Shown one piece after another: positions 8,833-17,426 of a DNA stretch of 32,000 nucleotides. Numbering within the stretch: the first letter of the stretch is position 1; every line of letters begins with the position of its first letter. This stretch comes from Erysipelotrichaceae bacterium OH741_COT-311. Lineage in GTDB: Bacteria > Bacillota_I > Bacilli_A > Erysipelotrichales > Erysipelotrichaceae. The stretch spans positions 36,525-68,524 of the forward strand of contig RQZE01000010.1 in assembly GCA_003858585.1 (NCBI GenBank), written 5' to 3'. Both the position numbers and the translations under genes were made by a program. A model generated the notes under the pieces. That model was not told where the DNA came from. It saw only the letters and a list, made by a program, of their open reading frames with translations, and made no database searches.

Positions 8833-9150
8833 CTATAAACCTCCTAGCTTTATACCAATGGCTTGTGAAATATAAGAGTCAATTGTCTCTCCTATTTTAG
8901 CTGAGCCATGGCGATCAGGAATTTCAACTAGCAAAGGTTTTGATAAGGTTAACTTCATTTCTGAAATAACATCCGGACATAAATTAACTATCTTTGTCGT
9001 CATCAAAACAATTGCAATTTCTTCATTTGCAATTGCCTTTTCCAACTCCTGTAACACCTCAGTCTTGCTGTGAACAACAACACCTTCTACCCCAGCTAAT
9101 CTAAGTCCAATTTGCGTATCAATATTATCGCTAATCAAAGTCATCTTCAT
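8833..9150 (-). CDS. V-type ATPase subunit F
   Basis: 105 aa with the subunit F-like pattern ISDNIDTQIGLRLAGVEG ... EEIAIVLMT ... PLLVEIPDRHG. Confidence 0.8.
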   Translation of the reverse strand: MKMTLISDNIDTQIGLRLAGVEGVVVHSKTEVLQELEKAIANEEIAIVLMTTKIVNLCPDVISEMKLTLSKPLLVEIPDRHGSAKIGETIDSYISQAIGIKLGGL

Positions 9151-9158
9151 AGTGAACC

Positions 9159-9605
9159 CTATAGCTTATTGATAATTAAAATCGAAATTAACAAACCGTA
9201 AATCGCAACCCCTTCACCTAAGGCAACAAAGATAATAGCTTTCCCAAAGTTTTCACTATTTTCACTAATAGCTCCAATGGCAGCAGGCGCCGCTGCTGCA
9301 ACGGCTAATCCAGCTCCAATTGCACTTGCTGAAGTCGCAATTGCCGCTGCAATAAAGCCCATCCCTTGCGCCATTGTGCCAACAATAGGATTACTTACCG
9401 TTTCACCACTTGATGCCAAAGCTGAGATACTACCAATTTGGAAAATTACCGCAAAAATAAAGACACCGATAAATACAGCAATTTGACTAATTAACTTTAC
9501 TTTCGCATTTTTCACATTTCTTTCATTTTTAAACATAATAAATAATGGTGCAATTACTAATACAACTGCAATTAAAGGTAAAAACATTTCAATCATCGAT
9601 AACAT
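9159..9605 (-). CDS. ntpK: V-type ATPase proteolipid (c/K subunit) with an atypical N-terminal two-helix extension
   Basis: The C-terminal ~70 aa form a canonical Gly/Ala-rich hairpin (GFIAAAIATSASAIGAGLAVAAAAPAAIGAISENSENFGKAIIFVALGEGVAIYGLLISILI) with one conserved carboxylate, E131. Residues 1-60 are two hydrophobic helices with no c-subunit similarity. RBS AAAGGAGAGG. Confidence 0.85.
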   Translation of the reverse strand: MLSMIEMFLPLIAVVLVIAPLFIMFKNERNVKNAKVKLISQIAVFIGVFIFAVIFQIGSISALASSGETVSNPIVGTMAQGMGFIAAAIATSASAIGAGLAVAAAAPAAIGAISENSENFGKAIIFVALGEGVAIYGLLISILIINKL

Positions 9606-9622
9606 AACTTCTTTCCTCTCCT

Positions 9623-11446
9623 TTAGATATCTTTAGATATTAATTTAAATTCTTTTCCACCACCACTGTAGTAGCGTGAAAACATTTCATAGTACTGTAA
9701 ACGTAATGTTTGTATTCCAACAATCAAACCTTCTAAGCCAATTACAAATATATTCCCAATAATCATAACCAACAAACCGGATTTACCTGTCATTTCCACT
9801 AAAGTCATCACCACAAGCATCATACCGGCATGAGACAATACAAAGCCCCCTACTCTTAAATATGACATCGAATTGGTAATATAACTCAAGAAGATTTCAA
9901 ACACCTCAAAGATAGCTTCTGTAAAATAAGCACCCCAACCATGTTTTGGTCTAATAGCCTTACCTTCTACTAAATGAACCAGTGGTTCTTTCATTAAAAA
10001 GATAAGTGCCGGTATGCCTAAAAATAAAATCAAATTTAGTTTTGTAAAGGCTTGGTATTGAAACATAAACATACCAAGTAACCCATAGAATATATAACCA
10101 TATAAGATAAACCCTGTAATACCATTGGGACTAAATAACAATTCTCCATAGGCTTTATGTTTAATATGCAGATACATATTAATTAGCATACTAATTAAAA
10201 TTAACACAGCTCCAATTAAGATGGCGGATGACAATAAAATCATTGTACTTGATCCATCCATAACATGAAACAATTTATCTTTTACACCAAATAAAGCTTG
10301 ATGTATTGGATTAAATAATTCTTCATTCCCAAAGAAAGACCCAAATAAGAATCCAAAGATCATCGATGCAATTCCAACACGTGAAATGACGCCCGCTAAC
10401 AACATCTTAGGATTTTTAAGTTCCAACAATGTCCCTAGCAAAAATAACACGAAACCTTGCCCAAAATCACCAAACATAATTCCAAACAACAAGCAATAAG
10501 TTAAACACACAAACGTTGTAGGATCCATGTCCCAATAGCCCGGTAAGCCATACATATTAATAAAAATTTCAAATGGTCTTGTAAACCAATTATTCTTCAA
10601 CTTTGTTGGAGGTTTTAAGTTTGAAACTTCATTGACATCCTTTTCTTGAAACACGACATCAATGTGCTGAAACAATGCTTTATATGCACGAACATCTTGT
10701 TCACTGACAAAACCGGCTAAGACATAATTTCCATCGACTACACCAACATATTTATACAACTTCATTAAATCATAACGATATTTCAAAAACGCAACCATAT
10801 CATCCACCGCATCTGCATATTCAACTAATATACGATGCGTATCAATAATTGGTATCTTAATCTCTTCAAAATACAAACTGTCAAAAATACGCTTAACTTC
10901 TTTTACAAACGTATTACTTGTCACATAAGCAACCCACGTATAGATATTTGACTTATGTAACTCTACCATTTCATATTTACTTTGATCATGTAAATCTAAT
11001 TTCTTCATACTTTCATTTGGCATACGACCAAAACCAAAAGTAACATAACGACATTGATTCATTGCTTCAAAGCCAATTTCACGTAATTTCTCTAAAGCTA
11101 CTCCATCATCCGCATTCAAACTAACCGCATCATTCACTTCACACACTGTTTTAAAAATACGTTCAAAATCAACTAAAAAGGCTTGAATTTCTTCTACTGT
11201 ATATTTTTTAAACTGCTCTTTTGGTTTAATCTGATAACCTGCCATATGACATAGATTATGAATTTGATTCAATGTGTCATTGTATAAAGTATCTTCTACT
11301 AAAACAGTATCCCCATTTTCAACATCAATCCAATTGCTAGCTAACTCCCCATGTAAATAGTTGCTATTAGCACCCGTAATCAGCATCTCTTTATAATGGT
11401 TCTTATCTGCAATAGTTTGAATATATTTCATTTTTACTATCGACAT
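9623..11446 (-). CDS. ntpI: V-type ATPase subunit I (a-subunit homologue, stator/ion channel)
   Basis: 607 aa: a soluble N-terminal half followed by a multi-TM C-terminal half. It contains MSYLRVGGFVLSHAGM, which carries the conserved stator Arg of the SYLRL motif. Confidence 0.9.
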   Translation of the reverse strand: MSIVKMKYIQTIADKNHYKEMLITGANSNYLHGELASNWIDVENGDTVLVEDTLYNDTLNQIHNLCHMAGYQIKPKEQFKKYTVEEIQAFLVDFERIFKTVCEVNDAVSLNADDGVALEKLREIGFEAMNQCRYVTFGFGRMPNESMKKLDLHDQSKYEMVELHKSNIYTWVAYVTSNTFVKEVKRIFDSLYFEEIKIPIIDTHRILVEYADAVDDMVAFLKYRYDLMKLYKYVGVVDGNYVLAGFVSEQDVRAYKALFQHIDVVFQEKDVNEVSNLKPPTKLKNNWFTRPFEIFINMYGLPGYWDMDPTTFVCLTYCLLFGIMFGDFGQGFVLFLLGTLLELKNPKMLLAGVISRVGIASMIFGFLFGSFFGNEELFNPIHQALFGVKDKLFHVMDGSSTMILLSSAILIGAVLILISMLINMYLHIKHKAYGELLFSPNGITGFILYGYIFYGLLGMFMFQYQAFTKLNLILFLGIPALIFLMKEPLVHLVEGKAIRPKHGWGAYFTEAIFEVFEIFLSYITNSMSYLRVGGFVLSHAGMMLVVMTLVEMTGKSGLLVMIIGNIFVIGLEGLIVGIQTLRLQYYEMFSRYYSGGGKEFKLISKDI

Positions 11447-11457
11447 ATTAACCCTTC

Positions 11458-12495
11458 CTATATAAGTAACAACTTAAATATTTTATCTTGAGGCACCTTA
11501 TAACGAACCCCTTCAATAATATCAATAATATTTTGTATTTCTACCTCAATTAACGCCAGATAAGCAATTAAAACCAAATCCGGATCATTCGAATACAATA
11601 AATTTTGACGATGATTATGATATAGAATTTGCTTCGATAACCACTCGATATCATCCACTCCACTTTTCTTAATAAATTTACCATAATACGTATGTTTCAA
11701 CGCTTCAATGAACTCTTCTAAATTACAATCATAAATAAACTTATGCAATAATTTATCATTAATGTGATAACGTGCCTTATTCATATATTTATTAATTTGA
11801 CTAGGCGCTGTTTTAAAATACTTTTTTAAACGATAAATCTTATTGATATTTTCTAATTCCATCTGTAAGTGAAAAATATCTCTCATTGCTTTAAAAGAAG
11901 CACTGTCCGGATTTTCTTTTAAAATATCAAAAATGGTTTGATAATAATATTCCTTTAAAATATGCTCACATTGTACATAATCTACATTTTCTTGTTCAAC
12001 AAATAAATATCTTGATAACAATTTATTATAAGGTGTATGTTCAATCACTTTATGTAAATCTTGAAAACTACGTGCATTAATAAGTTCTTTTAAATCAAAA
12101 CTCATAGACTTCTCTAAAAATAATGGTAAACGAGAAATCATATCAAAGTTATCTTGAGATTGTATTACACGTATACTTTCTAAAATTTGTTCTACTTCAG
12201 TTAAAACAATAAACCATCGATACGTTCCATGTTGATCTCCAAGTCCATATTTCAATAAACGATTAAAACGTTCAAATAAATCTTGACGGATTAAATATTC
12301 CAATTTACCTCGATGAATCGATCCTTCATTAATACCATCCAAGACTTCTTGATAATACGTTTCTTTTTTTAAATAACTTGCGATTTCAGGAATCGATTTT
12401 TTCGCTATTAATGCTTGATAATCCTCTAATTTTAAACGTTTTCCATACATCGCTTTCGCTTTTGAACTAATTGCATAACTACTTTTATTAAGCAT
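11458..12495 (-). CDS. ntpC: V-type ATPase subunit C (eukaryotic d homologue)
   Basis: All-helical protein of about 345 aa, matching the size and position expected for V/A-type subunit C. Start ATG 12495 (MLNKSSYAIS...) is preferred over GTG 12504 because AGGTGA lies 5 nt upstream. The upstream gene's stop TAA is at 12497-12499. Confidence 0.75.
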   Translation of the reverse strand: MLNKSSYAISSKAKAMYGKRLKLEDYQALIAKKSIPEIASYLKKETYYQEVLDGINEGSIHRGKLEYLIRQDLFERFNRLLKYGLGDQHGTYRWFIVLTEVEQILESIRVIQSQDNFDMISRLPLFLEKSMSFDLKELINARSFQDLHKVIEHTPYNKLLSRYLFVEQENVDYVQCEHILKEYYYQTIFDILKENPDSASFKAMRDIFHLQMELENINKIYRLKKYFKTAPSQINKYMNKARYHINDKLLHKFIYDCNLEEFIEALKHTYYGKFIKKSGVDDIEWLSKQILYHNHRQNLLYSNDPDLVLIAYLALIEVEIQNIIDIIEGVRYKVPQDKIFKLLLI

Positions 12496-12496
12496 A

Positions 12497-12814
12497 TTAA
12501 TCACCTATACAACGCTTAAGGATCTCTTGTTTCCACTGTTCTTTATGTTCTTGATACATCGTATTCAATTTTATCATACCTTGATTCAAATCAATGTTAC
12601 AAACTTCAACGGATTCACTTACACGATAATCCAAAGCTTTTTTAGCATCCTCTACTTTTTGCTTAATCGTATCCCAACTAGAATGATAGATTTTAGTTTT
12701 TTCATCTACGACTTGTTTCTTGGTATCCAACTTTAATTGATGAATATTTAATACTTCATTTTGTGTTTCTTGATCATATTTAATGAACTCTTTAAATTCT
12801 TTTTCACTTATCAT
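12497..12814 (-). CDS. Small coiled-coil protein, first gene of the V-ATPase operon (possible G/H-like peripheral-stalk subunit)
   Basis: 105 aa, highly charged Lys/Glu/Gln-rich helical sequence. RBS AGGGGTG 5 nt upstream. Translationally coupled to subunit C. The assignment rests on position and composition only. Confidence 0.5.
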   Translation of the reverse strand: MISEKEFKEFIKYDQETQNEVLNIHQLKLDTKKQVVDEKTKIYHSSWDTIKQKVEDAKKALDYRVSESVEVCNIDLNQGMIKLNTMYQEHKEQWKQEILKRCIGD

Positions 12815-12844
12815 AAAAACACCCCTATTCTACTTAACTATAAC

Positions 12845-12873
12845 ATAATACTCCTATTTATCATGAAATTCAA
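12845..12873 (-). promoter_or_regulatory. Sigma-A promoter of the V-ATPase operon
   Basis: On the minus strand: TTGAAT (12873-12868), 17-nt spacer, TATTAT (12850-12845). It lies between the PTS set 2 terminator and the first V-ATPase gene. Confidence 0.6.
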
Positions 12874-12883
12874 ATATTTACGT

Positions 12884-12913
12884 AAAAAAAGCTTTTATCT
12901 TAAGGATAAAAGC
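12884..12913 (-). terminator. Rho-independent terminator after PTS set 2
   Basis: Stem GCTTTTATC (12891-12899) / GATAAAAGC (12905-12913) with a 5-nt loop, followed on the minus strand by seven T (plus-strand A-run 12884-12890). Confidence 0.75.
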
Positions 12914-12922
12914 TTCTTTTCA

Positions 12923-13717
12923 CTATAATAGATTCATATAAGAACAGATAATGGCAAGTATTATCGTTGCGATAATCAAAACCACTGGACTGATTTGCTT
13001 TTTCTTTAACAGATAAAACATCAGTAATGTATAAGCCATAGGCAATAATTTTGGAAATATCGTATCAAAGAAAGCTGTTTGAATGCTTACTTCAATACCT
13101 CCTGCCACTTGAATAACCGGTAGTAATTCAATGCTTACATAGGTAGCAATCAATGCACCAATCACGGTAATACCAAGTATGGTTGCAGAGTTAGAAATAA
13201 TATCCGAATTATCTTTTAAAATTTCAAAAGATTTTGTACCTAAGGTATAACCCATGTGTGTCCATACAATACGTAAAATCCAAATGGCAACATAAGATGC
13301 CACAAAAATGATTGGACCAATGATTAACCCTTCAGAAGCAAACGAACAAGAAATACCGGCTATGATTGGTAAAAACGTGAACCAGAAAATGGCATCTCCA
13401 ATTCCGGCAATTGGTCCAAATAAAGCTAATTTTAACCCTTTAATCAAATTACGATCTTCATGATTTTCTTCTAAAGAAATTAATAAGCCCATTAAGAATC
13501 CGACTAAATTCGGATGGGTATTAATAAACTCCAAGTTATCAACCATGGCTGATGACAAAGCACTGGAATCCTGTTTATAAATCTTTTTTAAAGCAGGAAG
13601 TTGTGCCCAAAGCCAACCACCGGCTTGCATACGTTCATAGTTAAACGATGCCTGTAATAAGGATGATCGAATACCAAGCATCGTAACATCTTTTTTCGTT
13701 AACACTTTAGATGCCAT
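12923..13717 (-). CDS. PTS mannose-family EIID component (set 2)
   Basis: Motif LQASFNYERMQAGGW. Start ATG 13717 (MASKVLTKKD...) with GGAGG 8 nt upstream. It has the same 11-nt overlap with IIC as set 1. Confidence 0.9.
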   Translation of the reverse strand: MASKVLTKKDVTMLGIRSSLLQASFNYERMQAGGWLWAQLPALKKIYKQDSSALSSAMVDNLEFINTHPNLVGFLMGLLISLEENHEDRNLIKGLKLALFGPIAGIGDAIFWFTFLPIIAGISCSFASEGLIIGPIIFVASYVAIWILRIVWTHMGYTLGTKSFEILKDNSDIISNSATILGITVIGALIATYVSIELLPVIQVAGGIEVSIQTAFFDTIFPKLLPMAYTLLMFYLLKKKQISPVVLIIATIILAIICSYMNLL

Positions 13718-14513
13718 CTTGATTTCCTCCATGCGTATTTATATTTGTTCTTGCTAATGCTTCTTGTAGTTCATACTTACGTTGTTTTGCGTTAAAGAAA
13801 TCATACGCAGCAAATGCAAAACCAACCAATGCAACCGGTAATAAATTTGACATTGGAATAAAGTTTGCCATCAAGAAACCAACGATGAAATATGGAATAT
13901 ATTTTGCTTTCATCATAACTCTTAACAACATTCCAAATCCTATAGCTGGTAAAATTCCTCCAGCCACTTCTAAGCCATGAATTAATTTTTCTGGCATTGA
14001 ATTCACCAGATTTGCCATCGCATCTTGTGCAAGATACGTACATGCAAATACAATCACTCCATAACTAACTGCAACAATCAACGTTGTAATTACATTGATT
14101 TTACCAATCGCATTTGGATTTGCTTCTAATGCTGCTTTATCGGCCTTAGCCATAAAGAAAGAAAAAGCAGAATAGTAAAATAAAATAACATATTGCATTA
14201 GAAATGAAAATGGTAAACATAATCCCAATGCCGCCTTTGCATCTACATTAGCGGTATAGGCAATCACGGTAGACATAAACCCTGCGAGCACCGGATTTGG
14301 TGGTTGTGTTCCTCCAGCCGGAGTTAAACCAGCAAATGCTAATTCTGTCAATGCTCCTGTTGTTAGACCTAATTTAACATCATTAAGGATAATTCCTGTA
14401 ATTGTAGAAACGACTAATGGTCTAAAAATAAAGAACGCTTCTAACCAATAGTCTACCCCAATGATAATGGCTGCAATCGATAACAATAATCCTTGTATTA
14501 ATGTTATTTGCAT
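13707..14513 (-). CDS. PTS mannose-family EIIC component (set 2)
   Basis: 268-aa polytopic membrane protein with GGTQPPNPVLAG. Its C-terminus ...NQDGI* parallels ...TSDGI* in set 1. Confidence 0.9.
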   Translation of the reverse strand: MQITLIQGLLLSIAAIIIGVDYWLEAFFIFRPLVVSTITGIILNDVKLGLTTGALTELAFAGLTPAGGTQPPNPVLAGFMSTVIAYTANVDAKAALGLCLPFSFLMQYVILFYYSAFSFFMAKADKAALEANPNAIGKINVITTLIVAVSYGVIVFACTYLAQDAMANLVNSMPEKLIHGLEVAGGILPAIGFGMLLRVMMKAKYIPYFIVGFLMANFIPMSNLLPVALVGFAFAAYDFFNAKQRKYELQEALARTNINTHGGNQDGI

Positions 14514-14530
14514 AGTATTATGTTCTCCTT

Positions 14531-15001
14531 TTATTTAATTGTTGAAATTGTATCTCCAGGAATGTCTTGACAATATACATGAACACCAAAAGAAGCTATG
14601 AACTTTAAATCCTCCATATCTTGATCATCTACATATACTTTCTTTGTAAATGGCTTCTTTCCTTGGGAAAAATGCATATTGCCTACGTTTAAAGCTTTGA
14701 ATCGAACGCCAAGTTCAATCAGTTTGCGTGCTACTTGAGGTGTTTTAACAATCAAAAATATTTTTTGATCACTTGATGCACGACTGATAACACTTGCAGT
14801 ATGCTCTATAGTAAAGAAACGTATACCAGCACCACTTGACTTTGCAACAAACGACATCAAAGATTGCTGTAAAGAATCTTTTGCAGCATCATCGTCGCAA
14901 ACAACGATTAAATTTGCACCAATTGTTTTTGTCCAAGTTACCCCCACTTGACCATGCACAAGTCGATTATCAATTCGTGCTAGAAGTATATTATCTTGCA
15001 T
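14531..15001 (-). CDS. PTS mannose/sorbose-family EIIB component (set 2), stand-alone
   Basis: 156 aa with LARIDNRLVHGQVGVTW. RBS AGGAGGTG. No IIA domain. Confidence 0.9.
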   Translation of the reverse strand: MQDNILLARIDNRLVHGQVGVTWTKTIGANLIVVCDDDAAKDSLQQSLMSFVAKSSGAGIRFFTIEHTASVISRASSDQKIFLIVKTPQVARKLIELGVRFKALNVGNMHFSQGKKPFTKKVYVDDQDMEDLKFIASFGVHVYCQDIPGDTISTIK

Positions 15002-15025
15002 CTATTCACCTCCTAACTTAATTTC

Positions 15026-15034
15026 ATTATAACA
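15026..15034 (-). promoter_or_regulatory. Extended -10 promoter element for PTS set 2
   Basis: The minus strand reads TGTTATAAT (TGnTATAAT), about 25 nt upstream of the IIB start. The -35 region is weak. Confidence 0.5.
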
Positions 15035-15112
15035 AATTAATGCTTACTTGAATCATTTTTAGTATAATATATATTAAATTAGACAATTCATCAAATCACA
15101 AAGGAGTTCTTT

Positions 15113-15400
15113 ATGAAAAACATATATGATAAACAAACCATTATTTACATTGTTCTTATCGTTTTACTTACAATGCTACGCTCTAGCTTTACACCAAATA
15201 AACTTCTGACAGCCATTAACACCTTAACAATAATTGCATTAATTCTAGGTGTAATTGGTCTATTTAAGCACATGGCTGATCAAGGAGACTTCAGATTATT
15301 AAAAGTAATGCCAAGTGAAAATAAAAAGAATCGCTTACTACCAACATCCATAACTATTGCTATTCTAGCTATCCTCTTAAATCTTCTATATAACATGTAA
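15113..15400 (+). CDS. Small hypothetical membrane protein (95 aa, about 3 TM helices)
   Basis: Good RBS AAAGGAG 7 nt upstream of the ATG. A TATAAT lies at 15063-15068. Three hydrophobic segments. Followed at once by a strong hairpin terminator. Confidence 0.6.
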   Translation: MKNIYDKQTIIYIVLIVLLTMLRSSFTPNKLLTAINTLTIIALILGVIGLFKHMADQGDFRLLKVMPSENKKNRLLPTSITIAILAILLNLLYNM

Positions 15401-15401
15401 A

Positions 15402-15431
15402 AAAATAGTGTGTAAAATTACACACTATTTT
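15402..15431. terminator. Bidirectional terminator between the small ORF (+) and oppF (-)
   Basis: AAAATAGTGTGT (15402-15413) pairs with ACACACTATTTT (15420-15431) across a 6-nt loop. A/T runs flank it on both sides. It overlaps the oppF stop. Confidence 0.7.
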
Positions 15432-16357
15432 AACTCTAAACGATATTTTTCTAATTCTGCTTGATTTGCCCAAATAAAGTGTCCAGGTTTAATTTCATGA
15501 AAACTTGGTTTATCAACCGAATAATCATGTACACTTTCATCGTATACAATTAATTCTTTACTTTTTTCAATTTCTGGGTCTGGAAGAGGAACCGCTGAAA
15601 GTAATGACTTTGTATATGGATGTAAACTATTATTAAATAACTCTTCCGTTTCAGCCAACTCAACAATACGTCCTTTATGAATAACCGCAATACGATCTGA
15701 AATAAAACGAACAACCGATAAATCATGCGCAACAAAGACAACCGTTAGATTTCTTTCTTTTTGGAATTTCTTTAATAAATTTAATACTTGAGCACGAATC
15801 GAAACATCCAAGGCCGAAATAGGCTCATCCGCAATTAATAACTTCGGTTCCATAATCATTGCACGTGCAATACCAACGCGTTGACGTTGTCCACCCGAAA
15901 ACTCATGTGGATATCTTGATTTATGCTCAGGAAGTAATCCAACATCACTCAAGGCTTGATCAACCTTAGCCTTACGATCTTCTTCATTTTTATATAATTT
16001 AAAATTATATAAACCTTCTGAAATAATATAATCAATGGTCGCTCTTTCATTTAAAGAAGCAGCTGGATCTTGGAATACCATTTGAATATTTTTAATAACC
16101 CACTGATCCATTTCTTTGCTTAGTTTTCCACTAATCTTTTTATCATCATAAATAATCTCTCCACTACTCAATGGATTAATTCTTACAATCGCACGACCAA
16201 TCGTTGTTTTACCTGAACCAGATTCTCCAACAATCGCAAAGGTTTCTCCTTCAAACACATTGAAATTTACATTCTTTACAGCTGTAAATGTTTTTTTACC
16301 AGAACCAAAGGTAATGGATAAGTCTTTGACTTCAAGAATTACTTTTTTATCATCCAT
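15425..16357 (-). CDS. oppF: Oligopeptide ABC transporter ATP-binding protein OppF
   Basis: Walker [10 protein letters not shown], signature [12 protein letters not shown], Walker [13 protein letters not shown]. It is the second ATPase of the operon. TAATG overlap with oppD. Confidence 0.9.
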   Translation of the reverse strand: MDDKKVILEVKDLSITFGSGKKTFTAVKNVNFNVFEGETFAIVGESGSGKTTIGRAIVRINPLSSGEIIYDDKKISGKLSKEMDQWVIKNIQMVFQDPAASLNERATIDYIISEGLYNFKLYKNEEDRKAKVDQALSDVGLLPEHKSRYPHEFSGGQRQRVGIARAMIMEPKLLIADEPISALDVSIRAQVLNLLKKFQKERNLTVVFVAHDLSVVRFISDRIAVIHKGRIVELAETEELFNNSLHPYTKSLLSAVPLPDPEIEKSKELIVYDESVHDYSVDKPSFHEIKPGHFIWANQAELEKYRLELK

Positions 16358-17415
16358 TAATTTTGACCTCCATTTACTACTTCTAATAATTTTTCATGCA
16401 AGTTTTTAATGGCATCCGGTAACTCAACCTTTGGAGCACGCGGATCCAATAGCCATGTTTTGGCAAAATGCGTTAAGCTAATCCCAAACATCGGTGGTTC
16501 TTGTTCAAAATCAATTTTCATCGCATAGGGATTACGAGGTGCAAACGCATCTCCAATTACTTCACTAAATAATGATGGAGGCGTTCCTGGAATCGCAAAT
16601 AGATCTTCACCTTTTTTACCGATTTGTGGTAAAGCTGATAATAATGCCCAAGTATAAGGATGCGCCGGACGATAGAAAATATCTTCTACTGTACCATACT
16701 CTACAATTTGCCCTGCATACATAACCGCAACACGATCGGCAACATTGGCAACAACCCCTAAATCATGTGTAATAAAAATAATTGTAAAACCATACTCTTT
16801 TTGTAAATCTTTAATTAATTTCAAAATTTGTGCTTGAATCGTTACATCCAACGCTGTAGTAGGTTCATCACAAATCAAGATATTTGGCTTACACGCTAAA
16901 GCAATCGCAATAACAATTCTTTGACGCATTCCACCAGAATATTGGAATGGATACTCATCAAAACGATTTTCCGGATTAATAATTCCTACTTTACGCATCA
17001 AGTCAATCGCTTCTTGTTTCGCTTCTTGTTTATTCTTACCTTGATGTTTCATAATGACTTCACTAATTTGATATCCAATCGTACGAACCGGATTTAACGA
17101 CGTCATTGGATCTTGAAAGATAGTAGAAATCTTGCGTCCACGAATCTTTTCCCATTCTTTATCTGTTTTAATATCAGTTAATACAGTACCATCGTATACA
17201 ATCTTCCCGTTACTTACAGAACCATTACTTTCTAACATACCTGTAAATGTTTTTGTAAATACAGATTTCCCAGATCCCGACTCACCAACAATCGCAATGG
17301 TTTCTCCCTCATAAATATCTAAGGAAACATTACGAATAGCTGTTAATGTTTTTGATCTAACTTGGAATTTTACCTCAACATCTGTTGCAGATAATATAAT
17401 TTTTCTCTCACTCAT
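16357..17415 (-). CDS. oppD: Oligopeptide ABC transporter ATP-binding protein OppD
   Basis: Walker [10 protein letters not shown], signature [12 protein letters not shown], Walker [13 protein letters not shown], plus the Opp/Dpp-type C-terminal extension ([12 protein letters not shown]). Confidence 0.9.
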   Translation of the reverse strand: MSERKIILSATDVEVKFQVRSKTLTAIRNVSLDIYEGETIAIVGESGSGKSVFTKTFTGMLESNGSVSNGKIVYDGTVLTDIKTDKEWEKIRGRKISTIFQDPMTSLNPVRTIGYQISEVIMKHQGKNKQEAKQEAIDLMRKVGIINPENRFDEYPFQYSGGMRQRIVIAIALACKPNILICDEPTTALDVTIQAQILKLIKDLQKEYGFTIIFITHDLGVVANVADRVAVMYAGQIVEYGTVEDIFYRPAHPYTWALLSALPQIGKKGEDLFAIPGTPPSLFSEVIGDAFAPRNPYAMKIDFEQEPPMFGISLTHFAKTWLLDPRAPKVELPDAIKNLHEKLLEVVNGGQN

Positions 17416-17426
17416 TGTTATTCCTC

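Noticed and set aside
9277-9486. 69-aa Ala-rich plus-strand ORF
   Set aside because: It is an antisense artefact of the Gly/Ala-rich GCN codon run in the V-ATPase c-subunit gene.
9621-9640. Tandem 10-bp direct repeat CTTTAGATAT x2 at the ntpI stop / ntpK RBS
   Set aside because: There are only two copies. The sequence is explained by the coding sequence (SKDI-stop) running into the next RBS, with no further copies noticed.
13801-14043. 80-aa minus-strand ORF, together with the other 60-74-aa ORFs in the track (3896-4087, 6292-6492, 12527-12736, 14836-15021, 15550-15741, 17132-17314, 19653-19856, 19934-20158, 21572-21760, 29197-29400, 31113-31298)
   Set aside because: All are nested in alternative or antisense frames of genes with clear family identity. 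None has a convincing RBS or a recognisable motif.
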